Positions 34,781 through 46,353 of a stretch of 64,000 bases of DNA are shown here, piece after piece. The position numbers were made by a program, and so were the translations under genes. The notes under the pieces were generated by a model. It saw only the letters and a program-made list of their open reading frames with translations, searched no databases and was not told the DNA's origin. Source of the DNA: Chloroflexota bacterium (GTDB taxonomy: Bacteria; Chloroflexota; Dehalococcoidia; JAUQQI01); NCBI GenBank assembly GCA_040289115.1, contig PSKS01000004.1, positions 36,064-100,063 on the forward strand. The letters are read 5' to 3'. Positions within the stretch are counted from its first letter, which is position 1. Each line of letters starts with the position of its first letter.

Positions 34781-35926
34781 TCAGGTGCGGGCCGGGGCCG
34801 GACCCCGCTGGTCGATGGGGATATATTCGAGGTCCATCGGGCCCACATACTCCAGGAGCGGGCGGATGAGGACGGCGTCCCGGTACTGCTCGATGCACTG
34901 CAGGACCCAGCCCGGTACCCGGCCGATGGCGAAGATGGGCACGAAGAGGTCTTCAGGGATGCCCAGCAGGTAATAGACGACCCCGGCGTAGAAGTCCACG
35001 TTTACGTAGATGCCCCGCTCCTGGTAGGGCCGCATTACCTCTTCGACCTTCTGCAGGATCTGGAACCAGTGGGGTTGGTTCCGCCGCTCGGCTACCTCCT
35101 TGGCCAAGGGCCTTAGCAACTTCGCCCGGGGGTCCTCCACCTTGTAGACCCGGTGGCCGAAGCCCATCACCCGGTCACCCCGGGCCAGCCGCTCCCGGAC
35201 GTAGGCTTCGGCCCGGTCGGGTGACCCGATCTCCTCGGCCATGCGCATCACCGCCTCGGCCGCCCCACCGTGCCACGGACCTTTAAGGGCGCCGATGGCC
35301 CCCACGATGGCCGAGTGCAAGTCGGACATGGTGCTGACGATCACCCGGCCGGTGAAGGCCGAGGCGTTGGCCCCGTGCTCAGCATGCAGGATGAAGTCCA
35401 CGTCCAGGGTCCGGGCGTCTTCCGGGTGGGGTTCCTCCCCAAACAGCATCCAGAGGAAGTTGGCGGCGTGGCCCAGGTTGGGGTTGGGGGGCACCGGCTC
35501 CAGCCCCTGTCGGATCCGGTGGTGGTAGGCAACGATGGTAGGAACCTGGGCTGTAAGTCGGATACCCTTGCGCAGGGTGGCCGCCTCGGAGTTGTCGTTT
35601 ACCTCGGGGTCGAAGGCGGCCAGGACCGAAACACCGGTGCGGAGTACGTCCATGGGGTGGGCGTGCTTAATCAGCCGGATAACCTGGACCACCTCGTCCG
35701 GAATCTGCCGGCTGACCCGCAGGGCCGCGTCGAACTCCTCCAGCTCGGTCCGGGTGGGGAGATGGCCGTACAGCAAAAGATAGGCCACCTCTTCGAAGGT
35801 GGACTTGGTCGCGAGGTCCTCAATCCGGTAGCCCCGGTAAAGGAGTATGCCTTTCTCCCCGTCGATGTAGCTTGATTGGGTTTCGGCAAGCACCACACCT
35901 TTAAGGCCGGTATTTTTGGTCGGCAT
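34781..35926 (-). CDS. Citrate synthase (small type II-like / 2-methylcitrate synthase-like)
   Basis: GYRIEDL, HAEHGANAS (catalytic His) and GFGHRVYK motifs. Confidence 0.9.
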   Translation of the reverse strand: MPTKNTGLKGVVLAETQSSYIDGEKGILLYRGYRIEDLATKSTFEEVAYLLLYGHLPTRTELEEFDAALRVSRQIPDEVVQVIRLIKHAHPMDVLRTGVSVLAAFDPEVNDNSEAATLRKGIRLTAQVPTIVAYHHRIRQGLEPVPPNPNLGHAANFLWMLFGEEPHPEDARTLDVDFILHAEHGANASAFTGRVIVSTMSDLHSAIVGAIGALKGPWHGGAAEAVMRMAEEIGSPDRAEAYVRERLARGDRVMGFGHRVYKVEDPRAKLLRPLAKEVAERRNQPHWFQILQKVEEVMRPYQERGIYVNVDFYAGVVYYLLGIPEDLFVPIFAIGRVPGWVLQCIEQYRDAVLIRPLLEYVGPMDLEYIPIDQRGPAPART

Positions 35927-35992
35927 TGGGTCCTCCTTTTTCTGGTCTGCTTCGGTCGGGGAAGGACCAAACCTGGCCTGCCCCCGTTGCCT

Positions 35993-37009
35993 TTAGCCTT
36001 CTTCCTTAAGCCACCGGGCCACATCCTTAGCGTGGTAGGTTATGATAAGGTCGGCCCCGGCCCGCTTGATACCGTAGAGAATCTCCAGGGCGGCCCGCCG
36101 CTCGTCCAGCCAGCCGTTCCGGGCGGCGGCCTTTACCATGGCGTACTCGCCGCTCACGTTGTAGGCCGCCAGGGGATGGTCGAAGCGCTGGCGGACCACC
36201 CGGATAACGTCCAGGTAGGCCAGGGCCGGTTTGACCATTATAATGTCGGCCCCCTCGGCGATGTCCAACTCGACCTCCCGCAGGGCCTCCCGGACGTTGG
36301 GCGGGTCCATCTGATAGGCCCGGCGGTCCCCAAACTGGGGGGCCGAGCCGGCCGCTTCCCGGAAGGGGCCGTAGAAGGCCGAGGCGTACTTGGCGCTGTA
36401 AGCCATGATGGTCACCTGCCCGAAGCCCGCCTCGTCGAGGGCCCGGCGGATGGCCCCAACCCGGCCGTCCATCATATCCGAGGGCGCCACGATGTCCGCG
36501 CCGGCCGCGGCCTGGGAGACGGCAGTTCGGGCCAACAGTTCTAAGGTTTCGTCGTTTTGAACGTAGCCATCCCGGACGACCCCGCAGTGGCCGTGACTGG
36601 TATATTCGCACAGGCAGACGTCGCAGATAACTGTAAGGTCGGGCACAAGGCCCTTAATCACCTTCACGGCCCGCTGGATAATGCCGTCCTCGGCCCACGC
36701 CCCCGACCCCACCTCATCCTTGTGCGCCGGGATGCCAAAAAGTAAAACCGCCCGGATGCCAAGCCGGGCGATGGCCTCCACCTCGGCGGGCAGAAGGTCT
36801 AGGGACCAGCGGTACTGACCAGGCATGCTTTCGATCTCCTGGCGTGTGCCGCGGCCTTCGATAATAAAAAGGGGGTAGATAAGGTCCTTGACGGAAAGGC
36901 GGGTTTCTTGAACCAGTTCCCGAAGCGCCGTGGTTCGCCGCAGGCGGCGGAGACGGACTGCCGGAAAACCACCGGTAAGAGAGCCGCGGAGACTCGTCGC
37001 CTCAAGCAT
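35993..37009 (-). CDS. hemB: Porphobilinogen synthase (delta-aminolevulinic acid dehydratase)
   Basis: RLRRLRR-like N-terminal arm, active-site Lys regions (IMVKPA...). YTSHGHCGV instead of a Cys-rich Zn site suggests the Mg-type. Confidence 0.9.
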   Translation of the reverse strand: MLEATSLRGSLTGGFPAVRLRRLRRTTALRELVQETRLSVKDLIYPLFIIEGRGTRQEIESMPGQYRWSLDLLPAEVEAIARLGIRAVLLFGIPAHKDEVGSGAWAEDGIIQRAVKVIKGLVPDLTVICDVCLCEYTSHGHCGVVRDGYVQNDETLELLARTAVSQAAAGADIVAPSDMMDGRVGAIRRALDEAGFGQVTIMAYSAKYASAFYGPFREAAGSAPQFGDRRAYQMDPPNVREALREVELDIAEGADIIMVKPALAYLDVIRVVRQRFDHPLAAYNVSGEYAMVKAAARNGWLDERRAALEILYGIKRAGADLIITYHAKDVARWLKEEG

Positions 37010-37190
37010 CGGCCCGACCTCCCGAGTATGATAGCATTGGACCTGACAAAGGGCCCCCGTCGTCGCCCCGTAATTTTTAATGGGACCGATAGGTTCCGTC
37101 TATTACTGAGGGCTTCATCCCAACGGGGGACGTTACCCCTCTGAGTATATATCATATAACGCTGGCAGCTAACCCAACGCGGAGGCGACA

Positions 37191-37829
37191 ATGGCGGAGT
37201 TATATCATCCCCGGCTTATAGCCTACCTGGAGGACCTCGTCCCACCCCGCCACCCGGTTCTGCAGGAGATGGAGGAGCGGGCCCGCCGGACGGGCTTCCC
37301 CATCATTGGACCGGTGGTCGGTCAGCTCTTTTACCTGCTCGGCCGGATAAGCGGCGCCCGGCGGGTGTTCGAACTCGGCTCCGGTTTCGGCTACTCCACC
37401 GCCTGGCTGGCCTTGGCCGTCCGGGACAACGGGGGTGGTGAAGTTTACCACGTGGTTTGGGACGCGGAGCTTTCCCGCCAGGCTCAAGATTACCTGGGCC
37501 GGTTGGGACTGGCCGACTTGGTTCGGTTCCGGGTTGCTGAGGCCGTTGCCGAGCTCGACCGTACCCCCGGCGAGTTCGACTTAGTCTTCAACGACATCGA
37601 GAAGCCGGACTACCCCCGGTCGCTGCCCGTCATTAAAAGGCATTTGCGGCGGGGCGCGCTGATGCTGGTGGATAACATCCTCTGGTCGGGCCGGGTTTGG
37701 GATGAGCAGGCCAACGACCCCGCAACCCGGGGCGTCCGGGAATTCACCCGCCTCGTCTTTGCCGACCCAGACCTCGTCGCCAGCATTATCCCGGTCCGGG
37801 ATGGGGTGCTGGTTGCCTGGCGGAAATAG
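37191..37829 (+). CDS. Class I SAM-dependent O-methyltransferase (family 3, caffeoyl-CoA OMT-like)
   Basis: VFELGSGFGYSTAWLA SAM-binding motif. Family-3 OMT length and layout. Confidence 0.8.
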   Translation: MAELYHPRLIAYLEDLVPPRHPVLQEMEERARRTGFPIIGPVVGQLFYLLGRISGARRVFELGSGFGYSTAWLALAVRDNGGGEVYHVVWDAELSRQAQDYLGRLGLADLVRFRVAEAVAELDRTPGEFDLVFNDIEKPDYPRSLPVIKRHLRRGALMLVDNILWSGRVWDEQANDPATRGVREFTRLVFADPDLVASIIPVRDGVLVAWRK

Positions 37830-37891
37830 GACCCCGGTCGGCCCCCATGGGCTATAATGGGAGAAGCTAAAGTCTAAAGACGAGGGTCCGC

Positions 37892-38581
37892 ATGGTCGAC
37901 GTTATGGGAATTTTCGCCCACCCAGACGACCCCGAGTTTGGGGCCGGCGGAACTTTTGCCCGCTGGGCCCGGGAAGGGCGCGAGGTGATGTACGTCATCA
38001 TCACCGATGGCAGTAAGGGAACGGAGGACATGGAGCTGGCGGGCGAACGGCTCGCCCGCCTCCGGGTTGAAGAGCAGCGGGAGGCGGCCCGCATCCTCGG
38101 CGTTAAAGAGGTCCTTTTCCTGGGCTATGAAGATGGGACCCTTCAGCCTACCATCGAGCTTCGGCGGGAACTGGTTAAGCTTATCCGCCTTTACCGGCCC
38201 CAGTGGGTGGTTTGCCCCGACCCGACCGCCCGCTACCTGGCCGACCGCTATATTAACCACCCAGACCACGTCGCCACCGGGGAGGCTGTCCTGGCGGCGG
38301 TCTTTCCGGCTGCCCGCAACCGCCCCAGCTTTCCCGAGCTCTTGAAGCAGGGCCTTGACGTTCACACCGTTGAGGAAGTCTACCTTTCGGGGCCCCGGGA
38401 GCCCAACTTTTTTGTGGACATCTCGGAGACCCTGGAGCTTAAGATTCGGGCCCTACGGGCCCACCGCAGCCAGATCGGAGAGCGCCCGATCCACGAGTTC
38501 GTCACCCGCTGGGCGGAAGAGGTGGGCAAGGTTGCGGGAGTAACTTACGCCGAGGCCTTCCGCCGTCTCCGACTGGTCTAG
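37892..38581 (+). CDS. PIG-L/LmbE-family N-acetylglucosaminyl deacetylase
   Basis: FAHPDDPEFGAGGT is the AHPDDE zinc-binding motif of the PIG-L family. HPDH second motif. Confidence 0.8.
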   Translation: MVDVMGIFAHPDDPEFGAGGTFARWAREGREVMYVIITDGSKGTEDMELAGERLARLRVEEQREAARILGVKEVLFLGYEDGTLQPTIELRRELVKLIRLYRPQWVVCPDPTARYLADRYINHPDHVATGEAVLAAVFPAARNRPSFPELLKQGLDVHTVEEVYLSGPREPNFFVDISETLELKIRALRAHRSQIGERPIHEFVTRWAEEVGKVAGVTYAEAFRRLRLV

Positions 38582-38720
38582 CGAGACCTGGGCTTACCCC
38601 CTGGAAACCAAAAGAGGGCAATAAGCAGGCCAATGGCCAGTAAGGTGCCAAGGTCCAACGGCATAACCGCATCCCCTAGTTCATATCGGCCGTGGGAACC
38701 CGGCCCCACAGGGAGGACAG

Positions 38721-38945
38721 ATGACCGAGGCGGAACGACTGCTTAGGGCGGCCCGCCGCCCGGACGGCACCCTTGCCCTGGCTGAACTTAAACGGCTAGT
38801 TCTTTCCCGCCGGCGGCGCCGGGCAACCCTGCTTGCCCTGGAGGAATTACTCGCCAGGGAGGGATTGCTTTACGCCTGGCTCCACATTATGGGTGGGGCC
38901 AAGGCCCAGACTTCTACCGGGAGGTCAAAAGGTGAGCGGCAGTAG
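38721..38945 (+). CDS. Hypothetical small Arg-rich protein (doubtful)
   Basis: 74-aa ORF with mixed third-position composition and no family resemblance. Overlaps the start of the downstream DapA-family gene. Confidence 0.15.
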   Translation: MTEAERLLRAARRPDGTLALAELKRLVLSRRRRRATLLALEELLAREGLLYAWLHIMGGAKAQTSTGRSKGERQ

Positions 38946-39831
38946 CGACCTGGCCGGGGTGCTTCCCATCTTGGTCACTCCCTTCGACGCTGACGGCCGA
39001 TTGGACGAGGAAAGCCTGCGTGGCCTGGTGGAGTTCTTCATCGAAAGGGGTTGCCACGGCCTGACGGTCTTAGGAATCGCTGGGGAGGTCCACAAGCTCT
39101 CCGATGCGGAGCGGCAGCGGGTGGTCGAGGTGGTGGTCCACCAGGCCCGGGGGCGGGTGCCGGTGGTTGTTGGCACGGGCCATTCGGGGTTTGAGGTTGC
39201 GGTGGAATTAAGCCGGGCGGCCGAAGCTGCCGGGGCCGATGCCCTGCTGGTTATGCCTCCGTACGTTATCCGGCCCGATGCTGAGGGCATTTATGAATAT
39301 TACCGGGCCATTGCCGAGGCGGTAAACATTCCCATCGTGGTCCAGGATGAGCCCACGACCACCGGGGTGAACATGCCCGCGGCCCTCATCGCCCGGTTGG
39401 CCGAGGTCCCGGGCGTGGCCTACGCCAAGGTGGAGGCTCAGCCCACTCCGCCTAAGTTCACCGCCATCCGGAAACTTTCGGCCGACCGGCTCGGCCTTTT
39501 CGGCGGCCTCGGGGGCCTTTATTTTTACGAAGAGCTGTGCCGGGGCGCTCGGGGAATAATGACGGGATTCGGGTTTCCGGAGGTCCTGCTCGAGATTTAT
39601 AACCGCTTCCGGGGGGGAGATCGGGACGGGGCGGAGGCCGTATTTTATAAATACCTTCCCCTGATCAAATTTGAGGCCCAGCCTGGCATCGGCCTGGCCA
39701 TCCGCAAGGAAATTCTCCGGCGGCGGGGGGTGATAAGGTCGGCCCGCCTCCGCCGACCGGCCCAGCTTCCCGACCCGGAAACGTGGGCCGAACTGGATCG
39801 GCTGATGGAACGACTTGGCCTCGCCTACTGA
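38932..39831 (+). CDS. DapA-family (dihydrodipicolinate synthase/N-acetylneuraminate lyase family) Schiff-base lyase
   Basis: GTG after a GGAGG RBS. GVLPILVTPFDADGRLDEESL N-terminal motif, GTTGE-like region and active-site Lys region (AYAKVEAQP). Confidence 0.8.
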   Translation: MSGSSDLAGVLPILVTPFDADGRLDEESLRGLVEFFIERGCHGLTVLGIAGEVHKLSDAERQRVVEVVVHQARGRVPVVVGTGHSGFEVAVELSRAAEAAGADALLVMPPYVIRPDAEGIYEYYRAIAEAVNIPIVVQDEPTTTGVNMPAALIARLAEVPGVAYAKVEAQPTPPKFTAIRKLSADRLGLFGGLGGLYFYEELCRGARGIMTGFGFPEVLLEIYNRFRGGDRDGAEAVFYKYLPLIKFEAQPGIGLAIRKEILRRRGVIRSARLRRPAQLPDPETWAELDRLMERLGLAY

Positions 39832-39845
39832 AAGGAGGAGGGCCG

Positions 39846-40982
39846 ATGAACGGGTCCTTTGAGGTGGTTGTCATTGGGCTCGGGATAATGGGGAGCGCCA
39901 CCGCCTACCACCTGGGCCGGCGGGGCGTAAGGGTGCTAGGTCTCGACTGGCTCAGGCCGCCCCACTGGGTAGGCTCCTCCCACGGCCGCTCCCGGATCAT
40001 CCGGGAGGCCTACTACGAGCACCCGGTTTACGTCCCCCTGGTTCGCCGGGCCTACGAGCTCTGGGCCGAACTGGAGGCCGAATCGGGCCGCCGGCTCTTT
40101 TTACAAACTGGCGGCCTTAATTTAGGCCCGCCGACCGGGGAGCTGGTTTCGGGCAGTCTCTTAAGCGCCCGCACCCACGGCCTGGCCCATGAAATCCTTT
40201 CGGCCGAGGAAGTCCGGACCCGCTTCCCCGCCCTACGTCCAGACCCGGAAATGGTGGGGGTTTGGGAGCCCCGGGCCGGGGTGCTCTTCCCGGAGGCCGC
40301 CGTCGACACCCTGCTGGGCCTCGCCCGGCGGCACGGGGCCCGGCTGAGGTTCGGCGAAAGGGTTATCGACTGGCAGGTCGACGGCTCCGGGGTGCGGGTC
40401 CGGTCGGACGCGGCCGAGTACCGGGCCGGGCGGCTGGTGATTGCCGCCGGGCCCTGGGCCCCCAAGCTCTTGCCCAACCTGCCCCTCCAGGTCGAGCGCC
40501 AGGTGATGTTCTGGTTTGGGCCCCGGGCAAACCCGGAACAGTTCCGGCCGGGAAGGCTGCCCGTATTTATTGTCGAATACGCCCCCGGGGCCCACTTTTA
40601 CGGGATTCCCGACCTGGGTGAGGGGGTTAAAAGCGCCCGCCACCACGGGGGTGAGGTCGTCGACCCCGATTCGGTCGACCGGGAGGTCAAAGAACCCGAG
40701 GTCGAGGCCGTCCGGGAACTGCTTCGGCGTTACCTGCCCGATGCCGACGGCCCCCTCCAGCTGGCGGCCGTTTGCCTTTATACCAACACCCCCGACCGCC
40801 ACTTTCTAATCGATTTCCACCCGGCCTACCCGCAGGTGCTCATCCTAAGCCCCTGCTCGGGCCACGGGTTTAAGTTCGGGCCGGTCATTGGGGAGGTTGC
40901 CGCCGACCTGGTTACCGCGGGCCGGAGCCCCCACGACGTCGGCTTTTTCGGCCTCAGTCGGCTGGGCCGGGTTCCCGGGTAG
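39846..40982 (+). CDS. FAD-dependent oxidoreductase, DAO family (monomeric sarcosine oxidase/D-amino-acid dehydrogenase-like)
   Basis: VVVIGLGIMGSATAYHL dinucleotide-binding motif and C-terminal HGFKFGPVIGE motif typical of MSOX/DAO enzymes. Confidence 0.8.
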   Translation: MNGSFEVVVIGLGIMGSATAYHLGRRGVRVLGLDWLRPPHWVGSSHGRSRIIREAYYEHPVYVPLVRRAYELWAELEAESGRRLFLQTGGLNLGPPTGELVSGSLLSARTHGLAHEILSAEEVRTRFPALRPDPEMVGVWEPRAGVLFPEAAVDTLLGLARRHGARLRFGERVIDWQVDGSGVRVRSDAAEYRAGRLVIAAGPWAPKLLPNLPLQVERQVMFWFGPRANPEQFRPGRLPVFIVEYAPGAHFYGIPDLGEGVKSARHHGGEVVDPDSVDREVKEPEVEAVRELLRRYLPDADGPLQLAAVCLYTNTPDRHFLIDFHPAYPQVLILSPCSGHGFKFGPVIGEVAADLVTAGRSPHDVGFFGLSRLGRVPG

Positions 40983-40984
40983 CT

Positions 40985-41728
40985 TCAGCGGGAAGCGAGG
41001 CCGCCGAAACGCCGCTCCCGGCGGGCATAGGCTTCCAGGGCCCGGGCGACTTCGGCCTCGTCGAAGTCTGGCCAGAGGACGGGGGTAAAGTAATACTCGG
41101 CGTAGGCGGCCTGCCAGATGAGGAAGTTGCTGAGCCGCTGTTCTCCTGCCGTCCGGATGATCAGGTCGGGGTCGGGCAGGCCGGCCGTGTGAAGGTAGCT
41201 GGCGAAGAGCTCTTCGGTTACCTCTTCGGGCCTCACCCCGGCAGCGATAATCCGGCGGACGGCATCCAGGATTTCGGCCCGGCCGCCGTAGTTAAAGGCC
41301 ACGGCCACGGTAATCCGGTCGTTATGCTTCGTCAAGTCGATGGCCCGGCGGACGGCCGCCTGGAGGTCCGGGTCTAAAACCTCCAGATTACCGATGTGCA
41401 GGAGCCGGGCCCCCTGCCGGTGGAGGTTCTCTACCTCCCGGTCCAGGACCTCTTTTAAGATCTCCATCAGACCCTGGACCTCCTCCTCCGGCCGGGCCCA
41501 GTTCTCCGTGGAGAAGGCATAGAGGGTAAGATACTTCACCCCGTGGCAAGCGAAACACTCGATGACCCGGCGGATGTTTTCGGTTCCCGCCCGGTGCCCC
41601 GCCAGCCGGGGCAGGCCCCGCCGCAGGGCCCACCGGCCGTTGCCATCCATGATGATGGCCACGTGGCACGGGATGCGCGCCGGTACCGGCCGCTCCAGGG
41701 CCTGGGTGCGCACCTGCCGTCCGATCAT
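40985..41728 (-). CDS. uppS: Isoprenyl transferase (undecaprenyl diphosphate synthase)
   Basis: [13 protein letters not shown] and [20 protein letters not shown] cis-IPPS motifs. Confidence 0.9.
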   Translation of the reverse strand: MIGRQVRTQALERPVPARIPCHVAIIMDGNGRWALRRGLPRLAGHRAGTENIRRVIECFACHGVKYLTLYAFSTENWARPEEEVQGLMEILKEVLDREVENLHRQGARLLHIGNLEVLDPDLQAAVRRAIDLTKHNDRITVAVAFNYGGRAEILDAVRRIIAAGVRPEEVTEELFASYLHTAGLPDPDLIIRTAGEQRLSNFLIWQAAYAEYYFTPVLWPDFDEAEVARALEAYARRERRFGGLASR

Positions 41729-42282
41729 TCTTCGAGAATCTCTTTCTCTTTTTCCTTCTCCAGGGTATCGAGGAGGCCGATGTATTTATCCGTGAGCTTC
41801 TGGAGGCGCTCCTGGGCCCGTCGGTGGTCGTCTTGGGAGATGAGCTTCTCTTTCTCCAGCTCCCTTAGGTCCTCGAGGGCCTCCCGCCGGACGTTCCGGA
41901 TGGCGACCCGGAACTCCTCAACCTTGCGGTGGACCAGCCTGACCAGTTCCCGCCGCCGCTCCTCCGTGAGCTGGGGCAGCACGATCCGGATCACCCGGCC
42001 GTCATTGCTGGGGTTAAGGCCCAGCTCCGACTTCATTATGGCCTTCTCGATCATGGGGATCGCGTTCGGGTCGAAGGGCTGGATCACCAGCAGTCGGGGT
42101 TCCGGGGCGGTAATGGTCGAAAGCTGCATCAGGGGCGTGGGCTGCCCGTAGTAGTCCACGGGCAGACGCTCCACCAGGGCGGGTGATGCCCGGCCGGTCC
42201 GGATGCTCACCAGCTCCCGGCGAGCCGCCTCGATGACCTTCTGCATTTTGACCTCAGCCTCTTTTAAGACGTCCTCAATCAA
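41725..42282 (-). CDS. frr: Ribosome recycling factor
   Basis: TTG start ([15 protein letters not shown]) after a GGGGG RBS. Full RRF homology. The listed ORF extends further upstream artificially. Confidence 0.9.
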   Translation of the reverse strand: MIEDVLKEAEVKMQKVIEAARRELVSIRTGRASPALVERLPVDYYGQPTPLMQLSTITAPEPRLLVIQPFDPNAIPMIEKAIMKSELGLNPSNDGRVIRIVLPQLTEERRRELVRLVHRKVEEFRVAIRNVRREALEDLRELEKEKLISQDDHRRAQERLQKLTDKYIGLLDTLEKEKEKEILEE

Positions 42283-42298
42283 CGCCGAACACCCCCGG

Positions 42299-43576
<1,278 letters not shown>

Positions 43577-43577
<1 letters not shown>

Positions 43578-44374
43578 TATCCTTCCCCTTCTTCGGTCGG
43601 CTCGGCGGTGTAGGTCATCGGCTGGTCGAACCCAACCTCAAACTCGGCCTCCTCGGAGGCCACCTGGGCCTCGTAGAGCTGCCGGCCTTCAATGACGGCA
43701 TCGGCGATTTTCTGGGTTATCAACCGGATAGACCGGATGGCGTCGTCGTTAGCCGGGATCGGGTAATCGATAAGGTCCGGGTCGCAGTTGGTGTCGCAGA
43801 TGGCCACGATAGGAACCCCAAGCCTTCGGGCCTCCCGGACGGCGATGTGCTCCCGGCTCGGGTCGATGATGAAGAGGGCATCGGGTAGCTCCCGCATCTC
43901 CCGGACCCCGCCGAACATCCGGTTGAGCTTAAAGAGCTCCTTCTCCAGCTTCTGCCGCTCCTTGGTGGGCAGATAGTGAAACTCGCCCTTGGCCTTCCGG
44001 TCCTCAAGGCGGGCCAGGTAGTCGATCCGCTTCTGGATAGTGGCCCAATTGGTGAGCATCCCGCCGGGCCAGCGGTGGTTGATGTAGAACATCCCGCACC
44101 GCTTGGCCTCTTGTTCGACGGTATCCTGGGCCTGCTTTTTCGTTCCCACAAACAGGATGGTACCACCCCGGGCCACTAGGTCTCGGACGAAGTTATAAGC
44201 CTCTTCGAGTTTGATGAGGGTCTGCTGGAGGTCGATGATGTGGATGCCGTTGCGTTCAGTGAAGATGTACGGGCGCATTTTGGGGTTCCACCGGCGGGTC
44301 TGATGGCCGAAGTGGACCCCGGCCTCCAGCAGCGCCTTCATCGGAACGAGTTGCTGTGCGGTTTGGGCAGTCAT
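43577..44374 (-). CDS. rpsB: 30S ribosomal protein S2
   Basis: [19 protein letters not shown] and full S2 homology. GGAAGGAGG RBS upstream. Confidence 0.9.
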
Positions 44375-44491
44375 TTATACAAACCTCCTTCCGTTAGTCC
44401 TCCGCCCCCGTCATCCCGCCCCGGGACCCTCGGCGGGCACGGCCGTGGCAGTCGGGGGGCGTGCGTTCTGGCCGAATCGGGCTTTCGCCCT

Positions 44492-45901
44492 TCAGAGAAT
44501 ATAGCGGCTTAAGTCTTCGTTCGCCAGCAGCCCGGCCAGCCGGTTGCGCACGTACTCGGCGTCGATGAGCACCCGCTCGCCCCGCCGATCGGGGGCGCTG
44601 AAGCTTATCTCCTCCAGGACGGCCTCCATCACCGTGTAGAGGCGGCGGGCGCCGATATTCTCATACCGCTCATTGAGCCGGGCCGCCGTGCGGGCTAGCT
44701 CGATGATGGCGTCCTCGGTGAACTCCAGCTCCACCCCCTCGGTGGCCAACAGGGCCTGGTACTGCCTGACCAAGGAGTTCTCGGGCTCGACCAGGATCCG
44801 CCGGAACTCCTCCTCACCAAGGGGATGGAGCTCGACCCGCAGGGGGAATCGGCCCTGAAGCTCCGGAATCAGGTCCGACGGGCGCCGGTCGTAGAAGGCG
44901 CCGGCGGCGATGAACAGGATATGGTCGGTGCGGACCGGGCCGTAGCGGGTCAGGACGGTGCAGCCCTCAACGATGGGCAGCAGGTCCCGCTGAACCCCTT
45001 CGCCGGAAACGTCCGGCCCAACCTCCACCTCAGGGCCGGCGATCTTGTCGATCTCGTCGATAAAGACGACCCCCAACTCCTCCGCCCGGCGCAGGCCCTC
45101 TTCGATCACCTCGTCGAGGTTGATAAGCTTAGAGGCCTCCTCCCGGGTCAGGATCCGGCGGGCCTCCCGGACCGACACCCGGCGGGCCCGACGCCGCCGG
45201 CTGTAGTCCTCATACTGCTCGATGAACTCGGCGAAGGACTCCCGGAGCTCATCCACCGAGACCCCTGGGCCAAATTCCAGGTTGTACCGGTCGTAGTCGC
45301 CCACCTCGATTTCGATGATGTGGTCGTCGAGGGCCCGGGCCTTCACCAGGTCGGCAACCCGCTTGCGCACCGCCCGCATCCGGGCCTTATCCGACTTGAT
45401 CAGGTCGGGGTCGTCCAAAAGCTCCAGGGGCAGGGACTGGGCCCGCAACCGGCCCTTAGCCCGGGCTCGCTTCGGGCTGGAAATGAGCTGCTGGTAGATG
45501 TAATTTACCAGCCGTTCGTCGGCCAGGGACTCGGCCTTGGACTGCACCTCCCGGAGCCGCTCCTCGTAGACCATCCCCACGCTGACGTCGACCAGCTCGT
45601 GGATGATGGATTCGACGTCCCGACCGACGTAACCGACCTCGGTAAAGCGGGTCGCCTCGACTTTGACAAAGGGGGCCCCAATAAGTTGGGCCACCCGCCG
45701 GGCGATCTCGGTCTTCCCGACGCCAGTAGGGCCGATCATCAGAATGTTTTTGGGCAAAATGTCCCGGGCAAGCTCAGGGGGGAGCATCCGGCGGCGGTAC
45801 CGGTTGCGGAGGGCGATGGCAACTGCCCTTTTGGCCGCCTCCTGGCCGACTATGTATTTATCAAGCTGCCGGACGATCTCTTTAGGGGTCAGGGTTTTCA
45901 T
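44492..45901 (-). CDS. hslU: ATP-dependent protease ATPase subunit HslU
   Basis: [33 protein letters not shown], Walker [15 protein letters not shown]-domain, C-terminal [12 protein letters not shown]. Confidence 0.9.
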   Translation of the reverse strand: MKTLTPKEIVRQLDKYIVGQEAAKRAVAIALRNRYRRRMLPPELARDILPKNILMIGPTGVGKTEIARRVAQLIGAPFVKVEATRFTEVGYVGRDVESIIHELVDVSVGMVYEERLREVQSKAESLADERLVNYIYQQLISSPKRARAKGRLRAQSLPLELLDDPDLIKSDKARMRAVRKRVADLVKARALDDHIIEIEVGDYDRYNLEFGPGVSVDELRESFAEFIEQYEDYSRRRRARRVSVREARRILTREEASKLINLDEVIEEGLRRAEELGVVFIDEIDKIAGPEVEVGPDVSGEGVQRDLLPIVEGCTVLTRYGPVRTDHILFIAAGAFYDRRPSDLIPELQGRFPLRVELHPLGEEEFRRILVEPENSLVRQYQALLATEGVELEFTEDAIIELARTAARLNERYENIGARRLYTVMEAVLEEISFSAPDRRGERVLIDAEYVRNRLAGLLANEDLSRYIL

Positions 45902-45951
45902 GGCCGATACAGGTACTGTCCAAAGAGCAGTTTACCACAACCGACTGCCCC

Positions 45952-46353
45952 CTACAATGCCGCCGGCAGCAGGGTCACCGCCAGCTCCCGCCGCCGCGGG
46001 CCCTCGAATTCCACCAAAACCACCCGCTGCCAGGTCCCCAAAACCAGCCGGCCGTCGGCGACGGGCAGGGTCAGAGAAGTGCCAATGAGGGCCGAGAGGA
46101 TGTGGTGGGGCACGTGGGCGGGGTTGTGGGGATGACGGTACCGGAGCTTGGGCACCATTTCAGTAAACGCATCTAGTATGTCCAAGTCGGTGCCGGGGTC
46201 CAAGTCCGCCAGGGTGAGGGCCGCCGTGGTGTGGAGCAGCAACAGGTGACAGAGACCGGACTTAAATGCGGCCTCCCCAATCAGCGCATTCAGCCGCTCG
46301 GTAATGTCCAGGACTTCCCGGTGGCGGGTAGTGTCAACGCTGAGCTTTTTCAT
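45952..46353 (-). CDS. YjbQ/UPF0047 family protein (secondary thiamine-phosphate synthase-like)
   Basis: 133 aa: GLCHLLLLHTTAALTL...GTWQRVVLVEFEGPRRRELAVTL matches the YjbQ family. Confidence 0.75.
   Translation of the reverse strand: MKKLSVDTTRHREVLDITERLNALIGEAAFKSGLCHLLLLHTTAALTLADLDPGTDLDILDAFTEMVPKLRYRHPHNPAHVPHHILSALIGTSLTLPVADGRLVLGTWQRVVLVEFEGPRRRELAVTLLPAAL

Noticed and set aside
35270-35875. 201-aa ORF antisense to citrate synthase
   Set aside because: Antisense to a well-supported gene; no homology.
37010-37190. 181-bp divergent intergenic region between hemB and the O-methyltransferase, scanned for tRNA or riboswitch
   Set aside because: No tRNA-like motifs. Contains AT-rich hexamers (TATATATCATATAAC) consistent with divergent promoters, but I could not assign -35/-10 pairs confidently.
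38582-38931. 350-bp region without strong ORF, scanned for tRNA or small RNA
   Set aside because: No T-loop (GTTCGAATC-like) or cloverleaf-compatible sequence seen. The only ORF (38721-38945) has weak coding signal, so it is kept as a very low-confidence feature.
41543-42151. 202-aa ORF antisense to uppS/frr
   Set aside because: Antisense to two conserved housekeeping genes; Ser/Arg-rich artefactual translation.
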